64,000 bases of DNA from Prochlorococcus sp. AG-347-O22 (lineage in GTDB: Bacteria; Cyanobacteriota; Cyanobacteriia; PCC-6307; Cyanobiaceae), in NCBI GenBank assembly GCA_003278845.1, contig QCCX01000004.1, positions 12,524-76,523 of the forward strand, in the 5' to 3' direction. Below are positions 20,509 through 29,993 of this stretch, piece after piece. The notes beneath the pieces were generated by a model, which was not told the origin of the DNA, searched no databases, and was given only the letters and a program-made list of their open reading frames with translations. Made by a program: the position numbers and the translations under genes. The stretch's first letter is position 1. The number at the start of each line of letters is the position of its first letter.

Positions 20509-21000
20509 TTATCGATCAAAGCGTTGTTTTACGCGAGTAGCTTTTCCTACTCTATCTCTCAGATAGAATAACTTAGCTCTTCTTACTTTACCTCTACGTT
20601 CAACTTTTAGAGAGGCAACCTGTGGACTATGTAGCATAAATACTCTTTCAACACCTATACCCTGAAAAATTCTTCTAACTGTAATAGTCTGGTTAATTCC
20701 TCCATGTCTTTTTGCTATGACAACGCCTTCATAAGGTTGGACTCTTTCTTTATTCCCTTCCGTAATTTTTACTCCAACCTTAACAGTGTCACCAACATAA
20801 ATTTCTGGTAATTCTTTTTTTAATTGTGCGTTCTCAAATTCCTTAATAAGATTGGATGCGCTTAAGGTTCGCGTAGTCTCAGAAACTGTATTTTTTTCTT
20901 TTTGTTCAACTGATACATCAACTGATGCGTCAACTGATGCTTCAGCTTTAATACTGGTTTCTAAATCCTTCTCTTGTTTCTCTTGGGCCATTTTGGTCAT
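20509..21000 (-). CDS. rplS: 50S ribosomal protein L19 with acidic N-terminal extension
   Basis: [40 protein letters not shown]. Confidence 0.97.
   Translation of the reverse strand: MTKMAQEKQEKDLETSIKAEASVDASVDVSVEQKEKNTVSETTRTLSASNLIKEFENAQLKKELPEIYVGDTVKVGVKITEGNKERVQPYEGVVIAKRHGGINQTITVRRIFQGIGVERVFMLHSPQVASLKVERRGKVRRAKLFYLRDRVGKATRVKQRFDR
20906..20941 (-). repeat. 3 x 12-bp tandem repeat in the L19 extension ([12 protein letters not shown])
   Basis: Plus strand tcaactgataca tcaactgatgcg tcaactgatgct. Confidence 0.85.
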
Positions 21001-21023
21001 TATTATCCTACAAGTTCTATATC

Positions 21024-21332
21024 TTAACCTTTTGACTCGCCTTTAGTAACCTTTTTGGTAAATGAAATTGTTTTTGAAAACATTTGGAATCCTGTGACGA
21101 GCATCCATAAAACTCCAAGGGAATTAAATATTACGTATATAAGTTCTCCATAATCTCCAAGCCATTCGCCCTCATGGAGAGACATTAACCAATGAACTTG
21201 TTCTCTAGAGTAACCCAGTAAATCTTTTGAAACCCTATAAAGAAGACCAGTAATTGAAGATATAAATAATGGAAGAAAAATCCAGGGCGCCAAAGCCTTA
21301 TGAAATTGCCTAGAATTAAATAAAGTTTTCAT
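21024..21332 (-). CDS. Small membrane protein, PepSY-associated TM-like
   Basis: [22 protein letters not shown] and LMSLHEG..TG pattern typical of PepSY_TM helices. Confidence 0.65.
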   Translation of the reverse strand: MKTLFNSRQFHKALAPWIFLPLFISSITGLLYRVSKDLLGYSREQVHWLMSLHEGEWLGDYGELIYVIFNSLGVLWMLVTGFQMFSKTISFTKKVTKGESKG

Positions 21333-21427
21333 TTTCGTTTCTTTCCCTTTGTTATTGATAGATTTAAGGTAGCCAAGATCATAAAGGCTATTTTGAAAAT
21401 ACTTACTTATTATTATTATTTATTCCA

Positions 21428-22267
21428 ATGAGACATTTTGCAGATCTTTTGTTAAATAAAAATAATTCCAAAGCTAATGATCAAGTTCCTTTCATTCAGA
21501 GGAGAAGAGGAATTGAAATAAAGTCTTCACGGGAAATAAATTTGATGAAAAAATCTAGCAAAATTGTAGCTACTGTTTTGAGAGAAATTAATGACTTGAT
21601 TAAACCTGGAATGAGTACAAAAGATTTAGATGATTTCGCAGAAAAGAGGATAAAAAGTTTTGGAGCTGTGCCAAGTTTCAAGGGCTACCATGGATTCCCT
21701 TCTAGTATTTGTTCTAGTATTAATAATGAGGTAGTCCATGGTATTCCAAGTAAAAATAAAATAATTAAAAATGGTGACTTAGTTAAAATTGATACAGGGG
21801 CATATTTAGATGGTTTCCATGGAGATAGTTGTATATCAATTTGTGTAGGAGAAGTTAGTCCAAAGGTTCAAAAACTTAGTGACATAGCTTTTAAAGCATT
21901 GTATGCGGGCCTTTCGAAAATTAAAGCCGGGAATACACTTCTAGATGTGGCTGGGGAAATCGAAGACGTTGTTGTAAAAAATGGCTTTAGTGTTGTAGAA
22001 GACTATACAGGTCATGGAGTTGGACGAAACCTTCATGAAGAACCATCGGTATTTAATTTTCGGACCAAAGAATTGCCTAACGTCGTCCTTCGTGAAGGAA
22101 TGACATTAGCGGTGGAACCTATTGTTAATGAAGGGACTAAATTTTGCAAAACACTAAATGATAGATGGACCGTAATAACAAAAGATGGAAAACTATCGGC
22201 CCAATGGGAGCATACAATAGTTGTTTTAAAAGATGGTATTGAAATATTGACAGATCGAGATTTTTAG
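21428..22267 (+). CDS. map: Type I methionine aminopeptidase
   Basis: NNEVVHGIP, DTGA..GFHGD, GHGVG..LHEEP, VEP, AQWEHT. Confidence 0.96.
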   Translation: MRHFADLLLNKNNSKANDQVPFIQRRRGIEIKSSREINLMKKSSKIVATVLREINDLIKPGMSTKDLDDFAEKRIKSFGAVPSFKGYHGFPSSICSSINNEVVHGIPSKNKIIKNGDLVKIDTGAYLDGFHGDSCISICVGEVSPKVQKLSDIAFKALYAGLSKIKAGNTLLDVAGEIEDVVVKNGFSVVEDYTGHGVGRNLHEEPSVFNFRTKELPNVVLREGMTLAVEPIVNEGTKFCKTLNDRWTVITKDGKLSAQWEHTIVVLKDGIEILTDRDF

Positions 22268-22270
22268 GCA

Positions 22271-22990
22271 CTAAGATTTATATTTATAGATAATTTGACA
22301 ATATAAAAAATTAAAAAATTCTTTCAATGGGAAAAGTACATATGTTAATGGGTTTGGACTAATTATTACTAAATAATTTTTTGAATTGGCTAAATCATAA
22401 ATTTTTTTAGAAACAAATTTGGGACTCATTATTCCGAGAGGATTTAATTCTGATTTAAAAGGCCCTAAGATTATTTTTTTTATTATTAATTTTTTCTTTG
22501 TATTTTTGTCCAGTAGATTTTTTTTGAAAGAAACTAATTGACCAATAAGGGATTTACTAATCTCATATGACGGATTTAGTGCGGGTAATATTTCTGCTTC
22601 AGATGTATTGATCCAAATCTCTTTTTTTATTTGTGAATCATTGCTTAGAGCAATATCTTCAAATAAATTTAAAAATTTGAATTTGCTTAATGCATTAATC
22701 TCAATTGAGTTTTCATAATTAGAATTTTCCCTACTCAAATCATAGATACCATGGTTCAAAATTAAAATGTCTATATTCTCTAATTGTTTTTTTAGTGACG
22801 ACTCCTTCCCACATTCCCATCTAATCCATTCATTTGGAGATTCAAAATTTATTTCATAATTAGTTTTACTATGAGTAAATCCAATCACTTTATATCCTTT
22901 TTGACGAAACAACTTTGTTAATTCTTTCCCTAGCGCACCTGAGGCTCCAGTAATCCCTATGGTTTTTTCGTTTTTGGTTGGATTTATCAT
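22271..22990 (-). CDS. Short-chain dehydrogenase/reductase family protein
   Basis: TGASGALG Rossmann motif, LILNHG, YEISK (YxxxK). Confidence 0.8.
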   Translation of the reverse strand: MINPTKNEKTIGITGASGALGKELTKLFRQKGYKVIGFTHSKTNYEINFESPNEWIRWECGKESSLKKQLENIDILILNHGIYDLSRENSNYENSIEINALSKFKFLNLFEDIALSNDSQIKKEIWINTSEAEILPALNPSYEISKSLIGQLVSFKKNLLDKNTKKKLIIKKIILGPFKSELNPLGIMSPKFVSKKIYDLANSKNYLVIISPNPLTYVLFPLKEFFNFLYCQIIYKYKS

Positions 22991-23144
22991 TTTACTTGAT
23001 TTTTATGAGATACCAAAGAATTAAAATAAATTTACCAAAAAAAGATTATTTTTTTTTTAATTTGATTAAAACTCATAAATAAATATTTGTTTAGTTCTGA
23101 AAAAAATATTATCTTAAACCTAGTAATAAATAATTTACTAAATT

Positions 23145-24254
23145 ATGAGCGATATATTATTAATTGGCTCATGTGAGCCATTTAGTGGTAAGTCTGCAAT
23201 GGTTCTTGGTATAGCAAAAAACCTTTTACAGAAGAAAAAAAAAGTACGCATTGGAAAACCTTTAGCAACGTGTATTGAACTTACAAATCTTCCTTCATTG
23301 ACTTATGAAGGATTAATAGATGATGATGTTAAGTTTATTGGATCAACATTAAATATCGAAGAGGAGAATTTAATTTCTTCAGTAGGGTTATTGGATAATA
23401 TCTCAGCTGAAAAAAGAATCTTCAATAAAGACTTACTCCCGGGAAAAGGTTTTGATCAGATTGAAGGATTGGTTAATGATGATTTTGAAGGTCTTAATAT
23501 TTTAGAGGCAGCCGGAAGTCTTCATGAGGGTATGATTTATGGCTTAAGTCTCCCACAACTAGCTAGGGATTTAGATGCGAAAGTTTTAATTGTGAATTTA
23601 TGGGAAAATTGTAAAAGTGTGGATGCATTACTTGATGCGAAAAAACAATTAGGTGAGAAATTGGCTGGAGTTGTATTAAATGGAGTTTTGCCGCAAGAAC
23701 TCGAAAAAGTAAAAAATGAAATAATACCCTCTCTTAAAGATCTGGATATTGAAGTGTTTGGAGTGATGCCTAAATCACCACTTCTTAGAAGTGTCACCGT
23801 AGGTGAGCTTGTAAGAAGATTAGATGCCCAAGTAATTTGTTGCCCTGAAAAAGATCAATTGCTTGTTGAAACATTAAGCATTGGTGCAATGGGGGTAAAT
23901 TCTGCAATGGAATTTTTCAGGAGAAGACGAAATATGGCTGTAGTTACTGGAGCTGATAGAACTGATATCCAACTTGCTGCTTTGGAGGCTTCGACTCAAT
24001 GCCTTATCTTAACTGGTTTAGGAGATCCTTTGTCACAATTGATTCATAGAGCGGAGGAATTGGAGGTGCCAATTTTAAAGGTGGAATTAGATACTCTATC
24101 CTCCGTGGAAATTATTGAACAAGCCTTTGGTCATGTCAGAATACATGAATCAATTAAAGCTTCTTATGCTATTCAATTAGTTCAAGAGCATGTAAATCTA
24201 AAAAGAATTCTCGAAAAGATAGATTTTCCCTGCAATTTCTCAGATAAATGCTAA
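23145..24254 (+). CDS. Phosphotransacetylase-family N-terminal domain protein (P-loop plus DRTGG; no PTA catalytic domain)
   Basis: FSGKS P-loop, LEAAG, VTGADRTDI (DRTGG-like). Confidence 0.85.
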   Translation: MSDILLIGSCEPFSGKSAMVLGIAKNLLQKKKKVRIGKPLATCIELTNLPSLTYEGLIDDDVKFIGSTLNIEEENLISSVGLLDNISAEKRIFNKDLLPGKGFDQIEGLVNDDFEGLNILEAAGSLHEGMIYGLSLPQLARDLDAKVLIVNLWENCKSVDALLDAKKQLGEKLAGVVLNGVLPQELEKVKNEIIPSLKDLDIEVFGVMPKSPLLRSVTVGELVRRLDAQVICCPEKDQLLVETLSIGAMGVNSAMEFFRRRRNMAVVTGADRTDIQLAALEASTQCLILTGLGDPLSQLIHRAEELEVPILKVELDTLSSVEIIEQAFGHVRIHESIKASYAIQLVQEHVNLKRILEKIDFPCNFSDKC

Positions 24255-24279
24255 TTTCAAATATAGAAACTTTATTATT

Positions 24280-24792
24280 TTGAGTCGCTCTTTAGATCTA
24301 CCAGCAACTGAAGGTGTTGATGCCTTAGCTCAAGAACTTGCAAAACTCCAAGATAATGGGAAAAGGAGAATTGCTTTTTTAGGTAGTAGACACGTACCGG
24401 TCGTAGATATCCACTTAATTGAGTTGATAGCAAGGTCGTTAGCAGAGGAAGGACATAATATTCTTACGTCTGGATCTCAAGGTGTTAATGCAGCTGTTAT
24501 TCGAGCTGTGTTAGATATTAATCCATCATTATTAACTGTTTTATTACCACAAAGTCTTGATAGACAAATTCCTGAAATAAAGGACCAACTTGAGAGGGTT
24601 ATGCATTTGGTTGAAAAAAGTGAAAATGATGAATTACCTTTGCCACTTGCAAGTAGTCTTTGTAATCAAGAAATTATTACTAGGTGCGATCAATTAATAT
24701 GCTTTGCCTTTCACGATAGTGAAACTTTGCTAAACAGTTGCAGATGTGCTGAAGAAATGGGCAAAGTGGTTAGTTTGTTATTTTTTGATTAA
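24280..24792 (+). CDS. SLOG-superfamily (DprA/Smf-like) protein
   Basis: IAFLGSRH, ILTSGSQGVNAAV, NQEII..CDQLICF SLOG Rossmannoid pattern. Confidence 0.75.
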   Translation: MSRSLDLPATEGVDALAQELAKLQDNGKRRIAFLGSRHVPVVDIHLIELIARSLAEEGHNILTSGSQGVNAAVIRAVLDINPSLLTVLLPQSLDRQIPEIKDQLERVMHLVEKSENDELPLPLASSLCNQEIITRCDQLICFAFHDSETLLNSCRCAEEMGKVVSLLFFD

Positions 24793-24858
24793 ATTAACCC
24801 ATTCCCCCTTATTAAATGATGATTTATGCTAATAATATTTAGCGTTTAATAATTTACT

Positions 24859-25356
24859 ATGGCAGAAAGTTTTTCATTTGATGTCGTTTCTGATTTTGAT
24901 AGACAAGAATTAGTCAATACTTTGGATCAAGTTAAAAGGGAAATTTCTCAGCGTTACGATTTGAAGGGCACGGATACTTCAGTTGATCTAGATAAAGAAA
25001 ATATTTTTATAATCACTAATAGCGAACTAACCTTAAATGCTGTAAATGACATAATTAGACAAAAAGCAATAAAAAGAAACTTATCTTTAAAAATTTTCGA
25101 CTACGGAGAAATTGAGACAGTGAGTGGCAATAAAGTTAAACAAACAATCTTATTAAAACAAGGCATCAAACAAGAAATAGCAAAAAAAATTAGTAAAAGT
25201 ATTAGAGATCAAATAAAAAAAATAAATGTCAGCATCAATGGAGAGACACTCAGAGTCTCTAGTAAGAGCAAAAATGATCTTCAATTAGCAATAAAGATTG
25301 TTAGTGAGCTGGAAGAGTCTTTGAATATTCCTCTGAAAGCTAATAATTTTAGATAA
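24859..25356 (+). CDS. yajQ: YajQ-family nucleotide-binding protein
   Basis: SFDVVS..DRQELVN, RYDLKGT, LRV..KSKNDLQ, NNFR. Confidence 0.93.
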   Translation: MAESFSFDVVSDFDRQELVNTLDQVKREISQRYDLKGTDTSVDLDKENIFIITNSELTLNAVNDIIRQKAIKRNLSLKIFDYGEIETVSGNKVKQTILLKQGIKQEIAKKISKSIRDQIKKINVSINGETLRVSSKSKNDLQLAIKIVSELEESLNIPLKANNFR

Positions 25357-25380
25357 AATCTTTCAATATTATTTTGAAAT

Positions 25381-25590
25381 ATGGCAAATTATTCTGAAAA
25401 TCTCATTAAATCATTGATTAAGAAAGTAAAAGAATATCCTCGCTTTTCAAAAGAAGAAATAGAGAAATTTTGTTGGATGGCAGTACACGAGCATAAGCAT
25501 GGTGTTTTACCTTCTGAATATGATATTAGGGAGATAGATGAGGACCTTTATTTAGAACTTTTGCAAAAATTTAAATCAATTAACAAATAA
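25381..25590 (+). CDS. Small hypothetical protein
   Basis: 69-aa ATG ORF co-oriented with yajQ; WMAVHEHKHGVLPSEYDIREID core. Confidence 0.7.
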   Translation: MANYSENLIKSLIKKVKEYPRFSKEEIEKFCWMAVHEHKHGVLPSEYDIREIDEDLYLELLQKFKSINK

Positions 25591-25695
25591 TAATCATATT
25601 TAAATTTACAATTATTAAAAAAATATTTTAATTAAATGTCTTACTAATGCACTAATTAGTCTATTTAAATATGATTAATTAAAAGAAAAATTTTA

Positions 25696-26499
25696 ATGTC
25701 AACATCTTTTAAAAATGTCACACCAACGGGTCCAGGTGGTACAGCAACATTATTGATTGTATTGTCTTTTACTGGCTTTCTTTTGCTTACCCAATCTCTA
25801 TTTGTTGTTCCTTCTGGACAAGTTGCAGTTGTTACAACACTAGGGAAAGTAAGTGGCCCCTCCAGGAGAGCTGGTTTAAACTTTAAACTTCCATTTATTC
25901 AGTCTGTATATCCATTTGATATAAAAACTCAAGTTCAACCCGAAAAATTTGAAACTTTAACTAAAGATCTTCAAGTTATCAGGGCTACAGCTACTGTTAA
26001 GTATTCAGTAAAACCTAACGAAGCAGGAAGAATTTTTGCAACAATTGCAAGTAGAAATAGCGATGTTTATCAAAAAATTGTTCAGCCATCTTTACTCAAA
26101 GCTCTTAAATCAGTTTTTTCTCAGTACGAGCTAGAAACAATCGCTACTGAATTTGCAGTAATTTCTGAAAAAGTAGGAGATACTGTAGCTAAAGAACTTA
26201 ATTCATTCGATTATGTTGATGTTAAAAGTTTAGATCTTACTGGATTAGAGATTGCTGAAGAATACAGAGCTGCTATTGAGCAAAAGCAAATAGCTGGTCA
26301 GCAATTACTTAGAGCAAAAACAGAAGTAGAAATTGCTGAACAAGAAGCACTTAGATATGAAACATTAAATAGAAGTCTCGACGATCAAGTTTTATTCAAA
26401 TTATTTCTTGATAAATGGGATGGAAGTACACAAGTTGTTCCTGGCTTGCCAGGTTCAGAAGGTGGAAGTCCCCCAGTTATTGTTGGTGGCAGAAGATAA
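25696..26499 (+). CDS. SPFH/prohibitin (Band 7) protein
   Basis: N-terminal TM, GLNFKLPFIQ, TKDLQ, AIEQKQIAGQ coiled coil, KWDG. Confidence 0.92.
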   Translation: MSTSFKNVTPTGPGGTATLLIVLSFTGFLLLTQSLFVVPSGQVAVVTTLGKVSGPSRRAGLNFKLPFIQSVYPFDIKTQVQPEKFETLTKDLQVIRATATVKYSVKPNEAGRIFATIASRNSDVYQKIVQPSLLKALKSVFSQYELETIATEFAVISEKVGDTVAKELNSFDYVDVKSLDLTGLEIAEEYRAAIEQKQIAGQQLLRAKTEVEIAEQEALRYETLNRSLDDQVLFKLFLDKWDGSTQVVPGLPGSEGGSPPVIVGGRR

Positions 26500-26571
26500 T
26501 TATTTAAAATTTAATTTTCTATAATAGTCAATCATTTACTTATTTTTCTTTAAGGAAAGGATACTAAATGA

Positions 26572-27873
26572 TTATCTTTTAATTGCATTAAAAGATTCGT
26601 CAAATGCTTCAATGGTTTTGTCAATTTCTTCTTCGCTGTGAGCTAGTGATGTGAAACCAGCTTCGAAAGGGCTTGGCGCTAGGTAAATTCCTCGTCGAAG
26701 CATTTCTCTATGCAACTTACCAAAAAGTTCGGCATCATTTGTTTTGGCTTCATCAAAGTTCCTAACTGGCCCATCGCATAAGAAAAATCCAAACATAGCG
26801 CTTACATTTCCACCGTTAATAGCAATACCATTATTTTCCGCAGACTGGATTATTCCTTCAATTAACCTAGAGGTTGTTGAATCAAGTTTATCGTACGTAC
26901 CATCTTGTTTGAGCAGTTCAAGAGTTTTTATTCCAGCAGTCATTGCGAGTGGATTGCCGCTCAAAGTACCTGCTTGGTATACCGGCCCAGCAGGGGCTAC
27001 CATTGACATTATTTCTTTCTTGCCTCCATAAGCTCCAACAGGCAATCCTCCACCAATTACCTTCCCAAGGGTTGTTAAATCAGGAGTAACCCCAAACTTT
27101 TCTTGAGCTCCTCCATAACTTATTCTGAATCCGGTCATTACCTCGTCAAAAACTAATAAGGATCCATTCTCAGTGGTTAATTCCCTTAATCCCTCCAAGA
27201 ATCCAGGTTCTGGAGTAATAAATCCAGCATTACCAACGATAGGCTCAAGAATAACCCCCGAAATGGCATCAGGATTTTCAGAAAATAATTTTTTTACTGC
27301 TTCAAGGTCATTGTAGGGAGCAGTAAGGGTGTTAGCAGTTGTTGTTCGTGGAACACCTGGAGAATCTGGCAAACCCAAAGTGGCCACACCTGATCCTGCT
27401 TTTACTAAAAACATATCTGCATGACCGTGATAACAACCATCAAATTTAATAACTTTATCTCTTCCAGTAAATGCTCGCATAAGTCTCAAAACAGCCATGC
27501 ATGCTTCAGTTCCACTATTGACAAATCTAACCATTTCTACAGATGGGACTGCATTTATTACCATTTCAGCAAGTTGGTTTTCTAGTACGCATGGAGCACC
27601 AAAGCTAGTGCCTTTCTCAATTGCTTCCTGTAATGCCGTTGTAACTTCAGGGTGGGCATGTCCACATATAGCTGGTCCCCAGCTTCCTATGTAGTCAATA
27701 TATCTATTTCCATCGATATCCCAAGCAAAAGGACCTTTAACTCTATCAAAAACAATTGGCTGGCCTCCTACAGACTTAAAAGCTCTTACTGGAGAGCTTA
27801 CTCCTCCAGGCATTAGTTGTTGGGCGGCAGAAAAAATTTCTTCTGATTTTGTGTAATTTAATATGTCAGTCAC
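26572..27873 (-). CDS. hemL: Glutamate-1-semialdehyde 2,1-aminomutase
   Basis: [42 protein letters not shown]. Confidence 0.98.
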   Translation of the reverse strand: MTDILNYTKSEEIFSAAQQLMPGGVSSPVRAFKSVGGQPIVFDRVKGPFAWDIDGNRYIDYIGSWGPAICGHAHPEVTTALQEAIEKGTSFGAPCVLENQLAEMVINAVPSVEMVRFVNSGTEACMAVLRLMRAFTGRDKVIKFDGCYHGHADMFLVKAGSGVATLGLPDSPGVPRTTTANTLTAPYNDLEAVKKLFSENPDAISGVILEPIVGNAGFITPEPGFLEGLRELTTENGSLLVFDEVMTGFRISYGGAQEKFGVTPDLTTLGKVIGGGLPVGAYGGKKEIMSMVAPAGPVYQAGTLSGNPLAMTAGIKTLELLKQDGTYDKLDSTTSRLIEGIIQSAENNGIAINGGNVSAMFGFFLCDGPVRNFDEAKTNDAELFGKLHREMLRRGIYLAPSPFEAGFTSLAHSEEEIDKTIEAFDESFNAIKR

Positions 27874-28099
27874 AATTTTGCTTAATGATGTTTTGAGAAA
27901 AATCTAGTCATGTTTTAAATTAGAAATAAGTAAAAATTTTGTCAATCAGATTGAAATTCTACATTATGATATTTTTATTGCGATAGTTTGGATTGTAAAT
28001 TATTAATTTTAAAGAAATCTTGATAAAAAACAATATAATTTTAGATAACTCTTTATTAATAAGCGTTTTCAAGCATTAAAGAAATTCAATTTATTTTAT

Positions 28100-28945
28100 T
28101 TATATTTCGAAGAAATTATCCTCATCCTCAAAAAAATCTGCATTTATTTCGTTTAAGTTAAGATCAATCATTACTGGGGCATGATCACTTGGACGAGAAT
28201 TACCTCTAGGGGAGCTGTCTATGACACAACTTTTAAGTTTTGATGACAGTTCTTTGCTGACATATATATGGTCTATTCTCCAACCTTTATTTAATTCAAA
28301 TGCGTTATTACGGTAATCCCACCAACTCCAATGGCCAGTATTTTGTTCAAAAATCCTGAACGAATCTATTAATCTTTTTTTCAGAACATTATTAAGTGCA
28401 TTTCTCTCTATCTCAGATGCCATTATTCCTCCGTCATATTTCTTTGGATCATGAATATCCAAGTTAGACGGAGCAACATTAAAATCACCCATAAGACAAA
28501 TTAATTCTCCTTTTTTTTCTTGCTCATCCAAATATGAAGCTAAACAATTTAACCAATTAATTTTGTATTTGAACTTACTAGATTCTAGAGAAGATCCATT
28601 AGGAACATAGACATTTATGATTTTAATGCCATTAATATCGGCAGAAATCAATCTTTTTTGATCTAGGAAAATTTCGATATTTTGATTAGAGTCATTAAAA
28701 CCGTAGAATCCTTTTTTAACATTTTCTGGCTTTATTTTGGAAATAATAGCCACACCATTGTATGATTTTTGTCCATAGATCTCTACTGAGTATCCTAATA
28801 TTTCAAAAGGTTTAACAGGGAAACTATCGTCCATCACTTTCGTTTCCTGCAAACATAGAATATCTGGATTGGATTTATTAATCCAATCTAATATTTGTGA
28901 AAGTCTGGTTCTAATAGAGTTAACATTCCAAGTTGCTATTAACAA
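28100..28945 (-). CDS. xth: Exodeoxyribonuclease III
   Basis: TWNVNS, LQETK, YVPNG, GDFN, WRIDH, SDHAP. Confidence 0.96.
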   Translation of the reverse strand: MLIATWNVNSIRTRLSQILDWINKSNPDILCLQETKVMDDSFPVKPFEILGYSVEIYGQKSYNGVAIISKIKPENVKKGFYGFNDSNQNIEIFLDQKRLISADINGIKIINVYVPNGSSLESSKFKYKINWLNCLASYLDEQEKKGELICLMGDFNVAPSNLDIHDPKKYDGGIMASEIERNALNNVLKKRLIDSFRIFEQNTGHWSWWDYRNNAFELNKGWRIDHIYVSKELSSKLKSCVIDSSPRGNSRPSDHAPVMIDLNLNEINADFFEDEDNFFEI

Positions 28946-29016
28946 ATTTCTACCAAATTATGTAAAATTAAAATAGCAAAAAATTTTGGTGTTAAAGAAT
29001 TTTGAAATTAAATAAA

Positions 29017-29310
29017 ATGAAAAATTACTTTTGCAAAAGCGTTTTTAAACCAATTACGACTGTAATTTTTTTTACTTTATTAATTTCCTTGAAAAGTGAT
29101 TACCTAAATGCTGAATATTTATTCGAAGAATTAGAAATCGATACCTCAACAAAAACAGAAGATGATGGTTCAGCAATTCCAACTAATCCATTTGAACTTA
29201 TGGAAATGATTCGGAGACAAAATAGTATGTATGATGCGACTGATCCTTCTGATGCAATTGACGATGCGTTAAGGTCTTTTAATACTTTGGAGGAAAATTT
29301 AGAAATTTAA
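29017..29310 (+). CDS. Secreted/membrane-anchored acidic hypothetical protein
   Basis: N-terminal hydrophobic segment, then PTNPFELMEMIRR..DATDPSDAIDDAL; alternative TTG start 29002. Confidence 0.7.
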   Translation: MKNYFCKSVFKPITTVIFFTLLISLKSDYLNAEYLFEELEIDTSTKTEDDGSAIPTNPFELMEMIRRQNSMYDATDPSDAIDDALRSFNTLEENLEI

Positions 29311-29341
29311 TACGATAAATTGTTATTCTCAAATTTTTAAT

Positions 29342-29941
29342 ATGTTAAAAAACCCTATCCCAAAAGTTACTAACCAATTACAGCATAGAGCAATCGGAAT
29401 TATTAATGGTAAATTCACTCCCCTTAGTAATGAACAATTAAATAGAGGCTTTTTAATTGACAATAAAGACGAAAAAGTTGAAACAGTAGTTCTTGGTAAA
29501 GCATTATCACTTATAAAAAAGCATATTGATTTAAAGAAAAGTTATTATTGGATTGTTTATCCAAAGAATAAAAATACTCAAAACTTGCATTTACAGGTTG
29601 CAGGCATATGGGATCCCTATCAACTGAATGATTTTCCTAATGATTCTTCAAAAACTAACTTCTCAAAATTATTAGAAGAATTAGATCTAAAAGACAATTA
29701 TTTTTCTGTTAGAGGCGAATTAGTTTTTGTTAACACTCAAAAGAAAGAAATTGTTATTAAAATCTGCCCTGCTATAAAATCAAAAAACTTAAAAAATAAA
29801 AATTTTAAATTAGTTATAAAAGGAGAGCTTTCTCTTGAACTTTTGCATAGTTTTGTAAGTTTAGATATTAACAGAGAAGGAAATTCTTTGAAATTAATAA
29901 AGTACGAAGTGATTGAAAAAAATCTTTCTAACAATAACTAG
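29342..29941 (+). CDS. Conserved hypothetical protein
   Basis: 199-aa ORF; RAIGII.G, WIVYP, LQVAGIWDP, FSVRGEL pattern. Confidence 0.75.
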   Translation: MLKNPIPKVTNQLQHRAIGIINGKFTPLSNEQLNRGFLIDNKDEKVETVVLGKALSLIKKHIDLKKSYYWIVYPKNKNTQNLHLQVAGIWDPYQLNDFPNDSSKTNFSKLLEELDLKDNYFSVRGELVFVNTQKKEIVIKICPAIKSKNLKNKNFKLVIKGELSLELLHSFVSLDINREGNSLKLIKYEVIEKNLSNNN

Positions 29942-29993
29942 GATGAAAGGTTGATTTCCACCGCAATTTTACCAATTAAGAAATCTTTAATTT

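Noticed and set aside
23037-23058. A7/T10 runs in the SDR / Pta-like divergent spacer
   Set aside because: Expected in AT-rich intergenic DNA; no specific structure supported.
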